From Octopus bimaculoides (lineage: Eukaryota), in NCBI RefSeq assembly GCF_001194135.2, contig NC_068981.1:126748352-126812351 (forward strand): a stretch of DNA of 64,000 bases, given 5' to 3'. The number at the start of each line of letters is the position of its first letter. The first letter of the stretch is position 1. The notes beneath the pieces were generated by a model that saw only the letters and a list, made by a program, of their open reading frames with translations, ran no database searches and had not been told where the DNA came from. Both the position numbers and the translations under genes were made by a program. This document shows positions 1 through 13,470 of this stretch, in pieces.

Positions 1-941
1 GGGGGAATGAGCCGTTTACGCGCTATTTCGATGTCACATTCGTTGAAAGTATGAGAAATAACCTGAAAAGAAAACAAAAACCCGCGCAACAAAACTCCGT
101 TAATGGGTAACTCCGCCCCACCCCCACCCCTTATTTGCTGGAAAAAAGTGGCTTGCGGCAGATTTGGAGATCAAATATGTTGAATACACTCTAAAAAACT
201 TCTGGTAAAAAATCATTTCATACCGAAGTACGAACGGGTCCTTTACGAAATATTTATCTAACCATGCCTAGAAGGAAGGTGTCAAATTACACTACAAGCA
301 AAGAGTACTGTGTTAAGGCTATGAGTTTATATCCCAAGTGAAACCGGGTCCTTCTGCTTGTATACAAATATAGTTATTCAGTTTATATAACTGTTCTGTT
401 TTATACTTTATATGCATGGTAGCTCGCACCAAATTTAGAATTAACGCTATACTATAGAATATTATATAAAGGGAAACTATCGTTTCGAAAGTTGCCGTAA
501 TTGAAAATTGATCTGTTCGGGAAAAGTTATCAAGCCGAGGTTAGAGAACTGAATGGCAGTTGTTTCACTAACAAAAAGCAAGCTTGTGTTTTCCTTTTGC
601 TATGTAGAACATAAATACAGAGTTGGCATTGTCAATTTTTTTGATGAATAAAGACTTTGTTTAGTATATCTAGTCTATGTATATTTATTCTGAAGTACAT
701 TTAAGTATTGATTCGTAAACGTTTCCTTCCGTAAGTCATAACTATATTTCATTAAATTCCCATATGTTTTCAGATGAGTCAGCGCAAAAATTAGTTATTC
801 GGAATAAGTTGTTTGTGGCTATAAATTCGTTGCCAACTGCTCCAGGGATCAGAATTTAGAACAATAAATTAAGTTACTTGTTATTCACAAAGCGTATTGC
901 AATATAGTATATTCATTCATTTGAGCACACACACACACATG

Positions 942-986
<45 letters not shown>

Positions 987-1481
987 NNNNNNNNNNNNNN
1001 NNNNNNNNNNNNNNNNNNNNNNNNNNNNNNNNNNNNNNNNNNNNNNNNNNNNNNNNNNNNNNNNNNNNNNNNNNNNNNNNNNNNNNNNNNNNNNNNNNNN
1101 NNNNNNNNNNNNNNNNNNNNNNNNNNNNNNNNNNNNNNNNNNNNNNNNNNNNNNNNNNNNNNNNNNNNNNNNNNNNNNNNNNNNNNNNNNNNNNNNNNNN
1201 NNNNNNNNNNNNNNNNNNNNNNNNNNNNNNNNNNNNNNNNNNNNNNNNNNNNNNNNNNNNNNNNNNNNNNNNNNNNNNNNNNNNNNNNNNNNNNNNNNNN
1301 NNNNNNNNNNNNNNNNNNNNNNNNNNNNNNNNNNNNNNNNNNNNNNNNNNNNNNNNNNNNNNNNNNNNNNNNNNNNNTATATATATACATATATATACGT
1401 ATATATATACATATATATGTATATATATATATATGTATATGTATATGTATATATATATGTATATATATATATATATGTATA

Positions 1482-1528
<47 letters not shown>

Positions 1529-1834
1529 ATGTATGTATAATGCAATTAGTGAGTCATTTCAGCGCCGGACAAATTTAAGATGTTTTCAAATATGTTCTGA
1601 TCAGAGGTAACTTTGCCCTTCGTGCATTTGGGGTCGATAAATGAATTACCAGTAAGTGCTGATGCATACCTCTCTCCCTCCAACTACCATATCCTGTATG
1701 TTTCACTTGTGTAGGGAAGAAAGGAGTGAAGTTTTGTGGTCTGTGTCTCTTAAGCGATTACATAGATATTTAAAACCATTAGCGAAAGTTTGGTTCATGC
1801 TAATACCAAGTTATAATCGGTAACGAGTAACGCT

Positions 1835-1893
<59 letters not shown>

Positions 1894-2829
1894 GTGTATG
1901 TGCGTGTGTGCGCGCGTGTGTGTCTAATGTACTTTTTGGGTAGTTATCAGGTATGAACTTTGTAAAGATTTTTATTTTTGGGTTATTTTTGCTACTGTTT
2001 GGCACCCCACGTTCTACAAATCAGCCACGAGTTATGACCATCCTATCTTTTAGAATTATATCCTAGAGGCATGGCATATATAATCTAATGTTTACTTTCC
2101 CATTCTCATGACAGTAATATGTGAACTGAGGAAAATTTAGTTGCTATTTCTGGCAGGTCGCACAACCATGTACAAACTCCTTCGTTAGTTTTGAGTTTCA
2201 GATTTTGTTGTTCAGCAGCAGGTCAGCCCGGATTGATTTTTACCTTTGATAAAAGGCATTAGAGCAATAAAAATCCCTCTTCTAAGAAGAATGCCTAGGT
2301 ACACACACATTATCGACTGTTTCAATTGTGACAATTAGCAGCAATATGAGAAATAATGATTGTCTGAGATTGGTTATAAGTAGGTAACGATGAATATCTT
2401 ACAGTATAATATTAGCTTGCAGTTAGCTGAACCCACTCCAAATTTCATCTTCGATAATATCAAAACTTTTTCTTGATTTGTTTGAGGATAGCTTTACTTA
2501 TTATATATATTCTCTCTCTCCCTCTCTCTCTCCCTCTATCTCTCTCTCCCTCCCTTCCTCCTCTCTCTCTCTCTCTCTCTTCTTTGTCTTTCTTTCTGTT
2601 ATTTACTTTGTACGTATGTACTAAATGAAATATTGTATCAACTTATTAACAATGGTAAAACTCTTGCTACATTTAGTTTCACGCGTTTAAAAGTTTGTGT
2701 CAGAAACAGACAATATTTAAGCCACATGTGTTGTACAGAATGTGGAAATTGTATAAGTTAATGAGGGAAGTTATTGTGTTTTCCTGTTTTTTTAATCTCT
2801 GAAGCATGATGCTATATTGCAAACGCGGA

Positions 2830-4545
2830 ATGATGGCGGTTATGTTATTGAATAACCTGCACATGTTATGAGCTGTTGCTTTAGATGAAGAATGGGAAGA
2901 AGATAGTAGTGATTCCTTCTATTGCTCTGAAGATGAGAGTGAAAGTGATCGTATGCTGGACAGTTTAGGTTCTGTGTCATCAGATGATGAAGATACTAGA
3001 AAACAATTATCTGCAAGCCACCCAATTATGAATGAGCAATATGTTTCTGGAGACAGACAAAAAGTTTGGCATTCTAATCCTCTTAAGCAGCAGTAAGAAC
3101 TTCATCTTGCAATATCGTGCGCCAATCTTGCGATATCGTGCGGCCAATCCTGCAATATCGTGCGCCAATCATGCAATATCGACCTTTGCTAAAAGGTCTT
3201 TTGATAGCACTGAAACATGTTTTACTATCTTTATACGCCAGAATCTTCTTGAAGTAATTCGTAAATGGACAAATTTTGAAGGTCAGGTTGTTTACAAAGA
3301 TAAATGAAAGGAAATTGATCACTGAACTAAAGAAATTTATTGGGCTGATTATTCTTATAGGTGTTTATAAATCTAAACATGAAAATATCACAGCTATGGA
3401 GTCAAAAAGATGGGTGCCCAATATTCAACAAAATTATGAGCACGAGAAGATTTCAACAGATTTTACAAGTATTGCGTTTTGATGATGCTAGTGCAAGAAG
3501 AAAAAAGAGAAGTGATGATAAATTGGAGCCCACAAGAGATGTATTTGAAATGTGAAATCAGAATTTGCAAGATGAATATATTCCAAGTTCATGAAGAACA
3601 ATTAGTTTCATTCAGAGGGAGTTGCCGATTCTGGTTATATATTCCTTCAAAACCAGGGAAATATGGAATTAAAATTTGGGCAATATGCGACAGTGAAACA
3701 TCTTATGCCTGGAAAATGTAAATCTACACTGGAAAAGACCCAGTAAAAGGGAAAAAGACAAATCATGATTCAAGAGTTGTTGAAAACCTAGTAAAAGAAC
3801 TTGAAAGTACTTGTGGTAATTTTTTTACAAGTCTAGGATTAGCTCGAAAGCTACTCAGCAAGAAAACTACTTTAATTGGAACAATTAGAAAGAACAGAGT
3901 TGAACTTCCAAGTGCTTTCACAAATGGAAAAGAAAGTGAAATCAACAGCACAATATTTGGATTTCAAAAGGATTCTATGATCCTATCTTATTGTCCCAAG
4001 AAAAATTATGTAGTCACACTTATGAGTACAATGCACTCTCAGCCTTCAGTTGATTCAAAAAGTGCTGAAAAGAAACCTGAAGTTATAACATGTTACAACA
4101 AAACAAAAGGAGTAGATACCCTAGATAAGATGGTAAGGACATACACTTGCAAAAGAATGACTCGAAGATGGCCTATGGTTATATTCTACAACACGATTGA
4201 TATAAGTGCAGTGAATGCTTTCATTGTTACTAAACAGCTTCACTTGCAAAGTTTCTAGAATAAAAGAAGACAGTGCCTAATTCAGTTAGGAAAGGAACTT
4301 GCTGGAGTTAATGCTAAACAAGAACATGACAATCTTCTAGTTCTGCTAACACTTCTCAACCAAACAAGAAAAGAAGACAATCTTCAACCTCATTTGAGGT
4401 TCGTCAGTCAAAGAAAAAAGGAAGATGCTCTTTGTGTGGCCAAAAATAAGACAGGAAAACTCGTACTACATGTAAGAATTATAATATGCATGTTTGCTAA
4501 GAACATTCCAATGTTCTCTGGATTCACTGCCATGAAGAGCTGTAA
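2830..4545 (+). pseudogene. piggyBac (PGBD4-like) transposase pseudogene, with multiple stops and frameshifts
   Basis: Acidic N-terminus, then ELKKFIGLIILIG, IMSTRRFQQILQVLRFDD, EQLVSFRGSCRFWLYIPSKPGKYGIKIW, NFFTS, GTIRKNR, YNKTK-GVDTLD, RRWPMVIFY and a Cys/His-rich C-terminal tail. The first two catalytic Asp positions appear altered (HEEQL, TCGNFF). Confidence 0.93.
3105..3182 (+). repeat. 21/22-bp tandem repeat (about 3.6 copies) inside the piggyBac ORF
   Basis: Units tcttgcaatatcgtgcgccaa / tcttgcgatatcgtgcggccaa / tcctgcaatatcgtgcgccaa / tcatgcaatatcga. Confidence 0.9.
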
Positions 4546-4770
4546 TTCTGTATTTTTGTAATTTTTTAGAATTTATAATATATTCTGTAAGCTGTATTTT
4601 TTATTGAAATTTGTGAGAAACAGTAATTCTTCATTCACCTGATAGCATATATGATGTAGCTTAGAAATAGTGGTAGTTTGAAAAAAATTTAATTAAGAGA
4701 AAAATATTGGGTCCATTGGATCCAGTTGGTAATTAGTGACATACATTTTCTCTGGTAGACTAAGAGTTAA
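4546..4770 (+). mobile_element. piggyBac right end with TTAA target site
   Basis: Ends ...tctggtagactaagag|TTAA (TTAA at 4767-4770) about 220 bp after the transposase stop, with a subterminal near-palindrome gggtccattggatcc at 4709-4723. No matching left TIR was seen. Confidence 0.6.
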
Positions 4771-4847
4771 TTAGCATTGTACAACAAAAGGCAAGGATCC
4801 AACTTCGATTCGATCTGAAAACAATTTCTTTCAATTACGAAAAATAT

Positions 4848-5051
4848 TGGATTCAAATTTTGGCATAAGGCCAGCAATTTAGGTGGCATTATATCGACCC
4901 CTAGTGTTCAACTCGTGCTTATCTTATCGACTCCGAGAAGATGAAAGGCGAAGTCGACCACGGCGGAATTTGAACTCAGAACGCAAAGACGGGCGAAATG
5001 CCGCTAAGCATTTTTCCCGGCGGACAAACGATTCTACCAGATCGCCGCCTT
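4848..5051 (-). mobile_element. SINE-like interspersed repeat fragment (family B)
   Basis: Reverse complement of the recurring core gcttagcggcatttcg...ttctgagttcaaattccgcc...gtcgac..gcctttcatc...gtcgataa.ataag that occurs many times in this window. Confidence 0.75.
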
Positions 5052-5569
5052 ACAGATTTCCTATAGATGCTCCTTCTATTCACTTAAATTGAATAAATCC
5101 ATATTATGGCCCCTTCGACCTGATATAATGATTTGAGATATACACGACTCTAGTCCATCTGAAATATTAAAAGTATATAAATGGATGAAAGGAAAGCAGA
5201 GAATTGTGGCGTTTTCGGAGAAACTAACGTGAAATTAGAAACCAGTTCACTGTCGGCCATAAATATTATGACACGTAACATTGCGCTATAACTAATATGA
5301 AACGGATCTTCTAAGGAAATAAAGTAATTTTCTTTCGTATAAAACTCTTATTCACTTAAACAATTGTACATTTGTCGAGTCAAGTTTAGATATTCAAGAT
5401 ATCTAAAAGAAACGGTTCACATCAGAATGAGTAGAGTACTGCACAAAATAACTAGCGGTATTTATGTCTTGAGCTCAAAAGCTTATTGGGATGGTTGACG
5501 CTACTAAATGCTTTTGGTGTCGATAATGTGTAACAGCAATATACTATGAAATGTACAGAGTCATATTCA

Positions 5570-5573
<4 letters not shown>

Positions 5574-5655
<82 letters not shown>
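5574..5655. repeat. (TG)n microsatellite, representative of many (also about 1838-1922, 10628-10767, 16264-16326, 21869-21932, 44158-44281, 53025-53074)
   Basis: Direct reading. (TA)n, (TATG)n, (GATA)n, (GA)n and (GAC)n arrays are also frequent and usually flank the N-gaps. Confidence 0.95.
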
Positions 5656-5656
<1 letters not shown>

Positions 5657-6499
5657 ATATATATAAGGGAAAAGTAAAAAGAAAAAAGGAAATGCACATT
5701 GGATATTTAAAAAATAATAACAAAAATAATAATTGAAATACCTGAAATATTCATTTTAGAAATGACGAAGAAAATATTCCAAACTGATGGATTTTTGTTT
5801 TCTTCTTGATTTTTAGTTAAAAACAGGAAAGACGTAGGCAACATTTCAAAATTGTTTATTTATTTATTAGTACTAATACCAACCCATCTTTAAAATGTAG
5901 GCATTTAATTTGGTGCAGTTTTATAAGTACTTTGGCAAATTCAAATCTTCTTAGTCAGCAGCTATTTAGCCACTCTGGCTGTGAACCAAATGTATATTGT
6001 TTATTCAGTTTGTGTAATATCACCAGGAGAACGTAATAACTCTGGTTTAACATTTATTCTGACAGTGCTCAAAATTCTTACATTTTAGGGACAGACAGAC
6101 AAGAAAATTATGACGTCTGTTTCTTGACTAAAAGTATTTGTAACTTAGACTAAGTAAAATTGCTTCAGCTTGAAGTGGCTTCATCATGTTGGGAACTTAC
6201 CTATTGCGGTACAGAGCTTCTCATCATACATTTTAACGTTACTGACTAAACTGCAGAGTGATGGCTTGATGAATTCAAGTGTATTACCCTTATCTTGATA
6301 TTATGTTTTCGGTGGGTTTGTAGAATAAGTAGAGCATCAAAGAGAAAATAATTCGTATTTAATAACACTTTCTTATGTATGTCATGGTAGTGGAAACCGT
6401 CTCGTCCTGAGCAGCTTCGGTGTCGGAGTCAATTGGAGTGAGAAAGGTCCACGTCTTTCTGAAAGCTGCCAATAGACTATTACTATGGTTTTCACAGTC

Positions 6500-7420
6500 T
6501 ATATTTTGAGGGGTTTTTTTTTATACTCGTCCCTCCTCTCTTCGCAATCTCGTGCCTTCTCAGTTGCGTTCCTATAGTCGTTAAAGAAACTATCACCACT
6601 GCAAACATCACAGCTTCCAAAGAAGAGATGGGCTGGTTGATCTTGATGTCTTCGGCTGATAGAACTCGCTTCGTTGTTTTGCATGCCTTCTTTCTGGGTC
6701 TGTTCTTTCTCTTGGGCTTCTATTCCAACGTTTTGCTTTTGATGTCTCCAGTAATTTGTGTCCCCGTATGCCTTTTCCATCTTCTTTCCATCGTTGCAAG
6801 GCGGTGAAATGGTACTTATAAAAGCGATGTCTGTGCTTCTTGGTACCCCACTTTCTAGTTGTTTGACCCTTATCGGATTCGTAAGCGGTTTCTTGTTCGT
6901 CGTCTCTTGGATATGAGAACAAGGTGTTCTCTTTTGCTACGTCCAAAACCACGAACTTTGGTATCCTGAGAAAGAGGGTTTGGTGCCTGCTATTGTTATA
7001 ATTTATACCATTCTCTTCTCTGTTCCTACACTGCCTTCCGATAGAAAAGCCTCCAATGGACTTCATCTCGTACGCATACTAACTGGGCTTTTTAACCTGT
7101 ACCATCAGCTTAATGGTTTTATTTCTGAATCTGCGAATAGATGCAACCCCAAAATTAGGCGTCTGCTCTCTGGAAATTACACCCATGTTGGTTCAGCCCT
7201 ACGCATATCGTTCTTGGTTATCTCGGCATCTTCCAGTTGAAGATATTGTATCACATACATGACGACCTGTCAAAAATATATTGGTGACGTCGTCACCGTT
7301 AACATACTTTATCGTGACTTTTGTATTACATTGCACAAATCTGTGGCAGATATATAAGGCACCGGTCAGTCTTTTTTTTATGACTTGTCTTAAGTTTTGG
7401 GTAACAAGCACACGGTTCTA
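6500..7420 (-). mobile_element. Highly decayed LINE (RTE-like) AP-endonuclease and linker remnant
   Basis: Purine-rich minus strand with higher GC than its flanks. Frame-hopping fragments IRRFRNKTIKLMVQV (cf. ARF.TK...TIIQVYAP), SQDTKVRGFGRSKREHLVLISK (cf. QDVRV.RGADV.SDH.LV) and YHFTALQ (cf. NRF.ALQ). Family assignment is from memory and weak. Confidence 0.35.
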
Positions 7421-7520
7421 TAGGCTATACCTCGGCTGATGAAGATTCACAAATGGGCCATGGCTACCTCATTTCGTTGTTTCGTGGGCACACCAGCTTC
7501 TTTATGGCGAGACAGGCCAT

Positions 7521-7628
<108 letters not shown>

Positions 7629-8320
7629 AACGGATGAAGCTATCAACTTATTTGCTTGCTGTGATGCTGGAGAATCCCTGTAATCTCTCGAATGAGACAT
7701 AAGATATTGTTTACTTAACCCTCTTTTCGCTGTCACGATGGATGTCTTTAATGAAAACCGAAAGTAAAATAAATGCCATATAAGCTAAGGGGAATATTAC
7801 ATTTTAACGGAAGACCATGAAATGGGATGTTTATGGTATTTGATAAATACATAAAAATGCACTGCATTTTTTTATTTATAAATACAGCTGGCTATTAAGT
7901 AGTACAGGGTAAGCTAGCTATCCCTCTTCTTAATGTATTTTGTTTTGTTTATTATCCGGAATATGCAACATCAAATTATAAACAAACGTTGATAGTGTGA
8001 TAAGGTTGGGGCTTCAAGCAATTTATCACCACCACTCTGTAAACATGCCAGTTGCAACCCATTTCACAGGAATTACATATTTCCAGTCTTATTGTTTTCG
8101 ATCTTTTAATTTCATCGTTTCTCATTTCTACAAAGATACATCTAATTTGAAACTTCATTTGATTTCTATGCTTTACCTGATATTAAATCAGATGAAAAAT
8201 ATTTTCAATAGATGTCATATGTGCTATAGAGTTTGAAGATTTTCTTGGTGCGCGAAAACTAAAATCTATAAGAATAATGGAAATACAATTTCAATATACG
8301 AGATGAAATGAAAAACAGCA

Positions 8321-8524
8321 AGCTGCCAGTATCTTTAGCGCAGCGCGCAAAATGCTTAGCGGCATTTTGTCTGTCTTTACGTTCTGAATTCAAATTTCAC
8401 CGAGACTAACTTTGCTTTTCGTCTTTTCGGGATCGGTAAAATAAGTACCTGTTAAACACTGGAGTCGATGTAATCGACTTGCCCCTCACGTGAAATTGCT
8501 GGCCTTGCGATAAAATTTGAAACC
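8321..8524 (+). mobile_element. SINE-like repeat fragment (family B)
   Basis: gcaaaatgcttagcggcattttgtc...ggtaaaataagtacc...cactggagtcgatgtaatcgac...ggccttgcgataaaatttgaaacc. Confidence 0.75.
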
Positions 8525-8801
8525 ACTATAGATGAAATGAACTAAATATAGGGAGGCGGTGTTATTAGGAGCCTAATTTCCTCAAAAATACAATAAGTTT
8601 TTGTGATTTAAGAGTAACTGTTAAAATCAGTGGATGTTGCTACAAAAATATCAATATTCAGTATTCTCTTAATAAATCGAAGTAAAAAATTACATCTAAG
8701 TATATGGCATTGCATGAAAGTAATAAATTTCCCAAAAAAAAACCTGCATTTCATATATGCGCAGAGGTATTTACACAGTTTAAACCCCGATGTTAATATC
8801 G

Positions 8802-9396
8802 AACAAGAGCACTCAGAAAGCGCAAACCTCCGCCAAAGCAACATCAATGTCCTCTCAACGATTAGCCTCAGATGATTTTTAAAATGAGAATATCTGAAAT
8901 AAACTCGACAGCTCACAAACGAGAACCTGACCGTTCTCAAAAATTAAGTTAAAAAAAAACGAAAAATAATCCAGAATCCTTGTCCGGTACCTGATTGATC
9001 CCAATGATAATCATGGAAGGTGAAGGTGGCTGTAGAAAATTTAGTAACGGTAATAAATAGTTTATCCTTATCTAATACAGGCCAAAGTTAGCAAACTCGT
9101 CATTCAAAATAGTTACAGCCTAAAGGGAGGTAATTGTGAAAGACTTGAAAGTTTAACGTTAAATCGTAATCAAGTAAAGTAAAGTAAATATAATAAAAAA
9201 TAATCCAGAATCCTTGTCCGGTACCGGATCGATCCCAAAATCTAATCAGTCCGTGCCAGTCACAAGGCCAAACATTCCTGAAAGTTTTGTCCGAATCCAT
9301 CCAGCGGTTCTTGAGATATTTTGCCCACGAACAAATAAAACAAACAAACGCGATTGAAAACAATACCTCCGCCTTCACTAAGGTGAAGGTAATAAT
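8802..9396 (+). mobile_element. Helentron-associated (HINE/DINE-like) non-autonomous element, two partly duplicated fragments
   Basis: Subterminal acctccgcc near both ends, 3' hairpin ccttcac-taag-gtgaagg (9372-9389), and an internal direct repeat aaaaataatccagaatccttgtccggtacc at 8962 and 9196. Confidence 0.45.
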
Positions 9397-9448
9397 GTAA
9401 AAATAATGAAATCTACTAGGAAAACGCTTACAGAGGGAAAGACTTGTA

Positions 9449-9798
9449 CAGGCATACGTCAACTTACGTCGGTAATTGGTTTCATGACATCCAACTTAAC
9501 ACGAAAGATAACGTAACATGAAAAAAGCATTTTAAAAACTTTATTAGCTTACATTTGTTTTAATACATGGTTTGTGCATATTTTCACAAGTATTCTATAT
9601 ATTTCACTTCAGAATTGATTTTTAGGCGTTAATTTTTAAACATTTATGTTTTTCAGTATGTTCATTCAGACCGACATAAAATCGAATGTCGACTGAAATT
9701 GAAGTTTATTTTTTTCCATTAATTTCTTTAAAAAAAACATAAACGACGTGAAGTCGAAAAAGACTTAAATCAAAACGACGTAAGTCGAGGTATGCCTG
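9449..9798. mobile_element. pogo/Tigger-type MITE (350 bp) with TA target duplication
   Basis: TA|caggcatacgtcaacttacgtcg ... cgacgtaagtcgaggtatgcctg|TA; 21 of 23 TIR positions match. Confidence 0.85.
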
Positions 9799-9998
9799 TA
9801 CTTAAAACATATTAACCAATCAGAGAATTATGGTCTTCACAATGTAAAATGAGAAATGACTTGCGTTGACACGATATATAATGACCAAAAATGATAACCA
9901 TGATAACTGATAAACAACCCAGGAATATAATGTTGTAAATGAGATTGTATTTTATCTCATTCAACAAGATATATCTTAACGGACATTGTAAAATGAAA

Positions 9999-10036
<38 letters not shown>

Positions 10037-10626
10037 ATTCTTAGATCAGTTAAGTTTTCTCTATCATGCAGTTTTCTGTAATTTGGTTACCACCCATCGA
10101 CAATGTATTCAGTCAAACGTGTAACTAATATTTTTCTATATTATATTCATGTAAAACATAAATACTATACCTGGCAACTACGTTTCAACAAAGGAGTATT
10201 GTTCTTCTGATTATTTATTAGTTGTAATGCAATACCATATATCTGATGTCAAGCTTATAACCGCCTTTTTATACGGCAAGAAAACAAAAATCAGTTGATG
10301 CGAACGACAATTATTACCAATCATATGTACATATTTAATTAGGCATTCCCAAGTGGGAAATGTCGATGTACCTTGAGCAATGACTTAATATTATTTCTAA
10401 AGCACAGTTTCGACCTACTATTTCATACACTTTCGCTCCATTTATCGAAATAACTAATACATCATTGGCATTAACGTATGCCTTTTATCCAAATTACTAA
10501 AAATAGCTTATATATGTGCATCCGAAGTAAACTCATGGTTTCTGTTGCAATGAGTACGTGTGTGTATGGTCATTTCAACCTCTAGACTGATTTAAATAAA
10601 CTATAGCACTCGAAGTCATATATATA

Positions 10627-10751
<125 letters not shown>

Positions 10752-11556
10752 GTGTGTGTGTGTGTGTACATATATATATGTATATGAGTGGTTTTGGTAT
10801 CCAGAAGCTCCGAAAGGCAGTTAAGGCTATGTAAGTGCTATGGAAGGACCAGAGTTAGATTCCTGGTTCCATACTAGTATGAGTGGGGAGTCTAACGGAG
10901 GTCGCATATGAGCGTGTATATATTAAATAAAATGAGATGATAAATCCAAGGCAGTATGGAATTTCTAGGACATTTTATGAAGAGAAAGATAGTTTTACAC
11001 CTTTTTTAGGGATATAAAAGATATCCCATAATCAGAGACGATATGAGAGAAATAAATAGAAGGAAATAGTAGAGTTCAATAGGAGAAAGTTATAAATAGT
11101 TTCACTTTTATTTTGGTTCACTTTTTAAAATTTCACTGTCAATATATATACATGTATATATACATATATGTATGTATGTATGTATATACGTATGTATGCA
11201 TGCATGTATTTATATGTAGATGTATACCTTTTGGTATTTGTATATGTATGTATATATATTTATATATGTAAATGTATATGTATAAATGTATGTATATATG
11301 CATATATATATGTATATATGTATATGCATATATATATATATATANNNNNNNNNNNNNNNNNNNNNNNNNNNNNNNNNNNNNNNNNNNNNNNNNNNNNNNN
11401 NNNNNNNNNNNNNNNNNNNNNNNNNNNNNNNNNNNNNNNNNNNNNNNNNNNNNNNNNNNNNNNNNNNNNNNNNNNNNNNNNNNNNNNNNNNNNNNNNNNN
11501 NNNNNNNNNNNNNNNNNNNNNNNNNNNNNNNNNNNNNNNNNNNNNNNNNNNNNNNN

Positions 11557-11605
<49 letters not shown>

Positions 11606-12680
11606 AATCACTCTCATTTTATTTCTTTATGTTTTACTCTCCAACATTATTCCGTGTTTGTCGGTCAGTGTAGACTGACTGATCTCATCCTCTACTCTCT
11701 TACAATTTATTTCTACTGTCACTCACTTTGCCGTTTGGCACCTTCCTACTTCCAATCTATTTCCTCATCGTACCAGGAAAAATAATTCACCTTGATAGTT
11801 ATTTTATGTAGATATATAATTTAATCTGTGATAAAGAACTTAATTATGGTTCTTGGTTCGAACCCAGAGCTCGGAACTTTGGTCAAGTAACTTCTACTTT
11901 AGTTCAAGTTAGCCGCTATTTTCTGAGTCGAATTTGATCAACAGAACCTTAGAAATCCGCCGTGTACATTTTTATGTATTTTCACTTGCGATTTAGTCCA
12001 TGTCAATATACATGTCTACACCAGATTGAAGAAAATACTTGTGTCGATATGATCGACTATACCCATGAAATCGGCGCCCAACTTGGCCGTAGTCAAGAAT
12101 ATAAACATTACATATTTGTGTGCGTGTAATTATTTATACAAACACAAACACAAACACACACATACACATATCTATCCATTTGTCAATATATTTGTATATG
12201 TGTGTGTATATATACATACATATACATATATATTGTATATGTATATATATATATATACATGCATATATATATATACATATATATAGATATTTATATATAT
12301 ATATATATATATANNNNNNNNNNNNNNNNNNNNNNNNNNNNNNNNNNNNNNNNNNNNNNNNNNNNNNNNNNNNNNNNNNNNNNNNNNNNNNNNNNNNNNN
12401 NNNNNNNNNNNNNNNNNNNNNNNNNNNNNNNNNNNNNNNNNNNNNNNNNNNNNNNNNNNNNNNNNNNNNNNNNNNNNNNNNNNNNNNNNNNNNNNNNNNN
12501 NNNNNNNNNNNNNNNNNNNNNNNNNNNNNNNNNNNNNNNNNNNNNNNNNNNNNNNTATATATATATATATATATATATACATACACATATATACATATGT
12601 ATACGTATATATATGTATGTATGTATGTATGCATGTATATATATATATAAATATCTATATATATGTATATATATATATGC

Positions 12681-12724
<44 letters not shown>

Positions 12725-13274
12725 GCATGCGTGCATGCATGTATGTATGTATGTATGTATGTATGTCAAGAAAATTGATAGTACTTCATCGCCATGTATG
12801 ATCACTTATATGAATGTGCAAGCTCGTGGATGTGAATACTGAGCAGCAGCTGTTAGAAACATAAACATGCGCACATTTACATACGCGCGCGTGCGCGAAA
12901 TTCTGACACAAGTGCAAAACAGTGTTAACCCGGTCACTTATCTCATAACTAGATATATTTTATCTGTGGTGGCAATCCTCTCTGCTCACATTAGTGACAC
13001 ACAATATACAGGCAATAGGACGAGCACGTCATCTGACATCAGTCATAGATGACCGTAAAATATCACGTAGCTGCCTAATGCGTAACAGTTCGTGACTCAA
13101 CATAACAACCCTCATATAGACTTACTTTTACTTAGATAAAGGAAATTGAACTTCCTTCTTCTGGTATTTTATACAATAGGAGAAACACCTGCAAGATGTA
13201 TCTGAAAACTATATACACACATACCATGCTGTTATTATTTAAATGTTGATGAATGACTGATTTGGTGTCCATAG

Positions 13275-13381
13275 CTGATGAGGCGAAACGAAGTAGGAAG
13301 GTCTTTGGGCTTTTCACCCGAAACTATTTCCGCAGTGAAAAGTTTTCTCATGTCCGAGTGTACACAAACATGTTAAATATC
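13275..13381 (+). CDS. Probable upstream exon of the CAP gene (alpha-1 helix region)
   Basis: Acceptor tttggtgtccatag|. Reads DEAKRSRKVFGLFTRNYFRSEKFSHVRVYTNMLNI, which resembles the CAP HNxFRS...NMxxL motif, and NMLNI|VWD gives the canonical N-M-x-x-L-x-W spacing when spliced to 17301. The donor (ATC|gttgca) is weak. An in-frame ATG lies at 13253. Confidence 0.5.
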
Positions 13382-13434
13382 GTTGCACAGACTGATATTT
13401 CATTCAAAGCTGATTGATTTGTGCGCCTCCAGGT

Positions 13435-13470
<36 letters not shown>

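Noticed and set aside
775-870. ttttcag| followed by ESAQKLVIRNKL...PTAPGIRI, loosely like a CAP alpha-1 exon
   Set aside because: There is an in-frame stop and no usable donor; 13275-13381 fits better.
12867-13052. ORF with a hydrophobic stretch (YILSVVAILSAHIS) as a possible signal-peptide exon
   Set aside because: It would need a non-consensus GC donor and a long N-terminal extension; the evidence is insufficient.
13275-13290. CTGATGAggcGAAAC hammerhead-like core
   Set aside because: There is no room for stem II and no consistent stems I or III; it lies in the probable coding exon.
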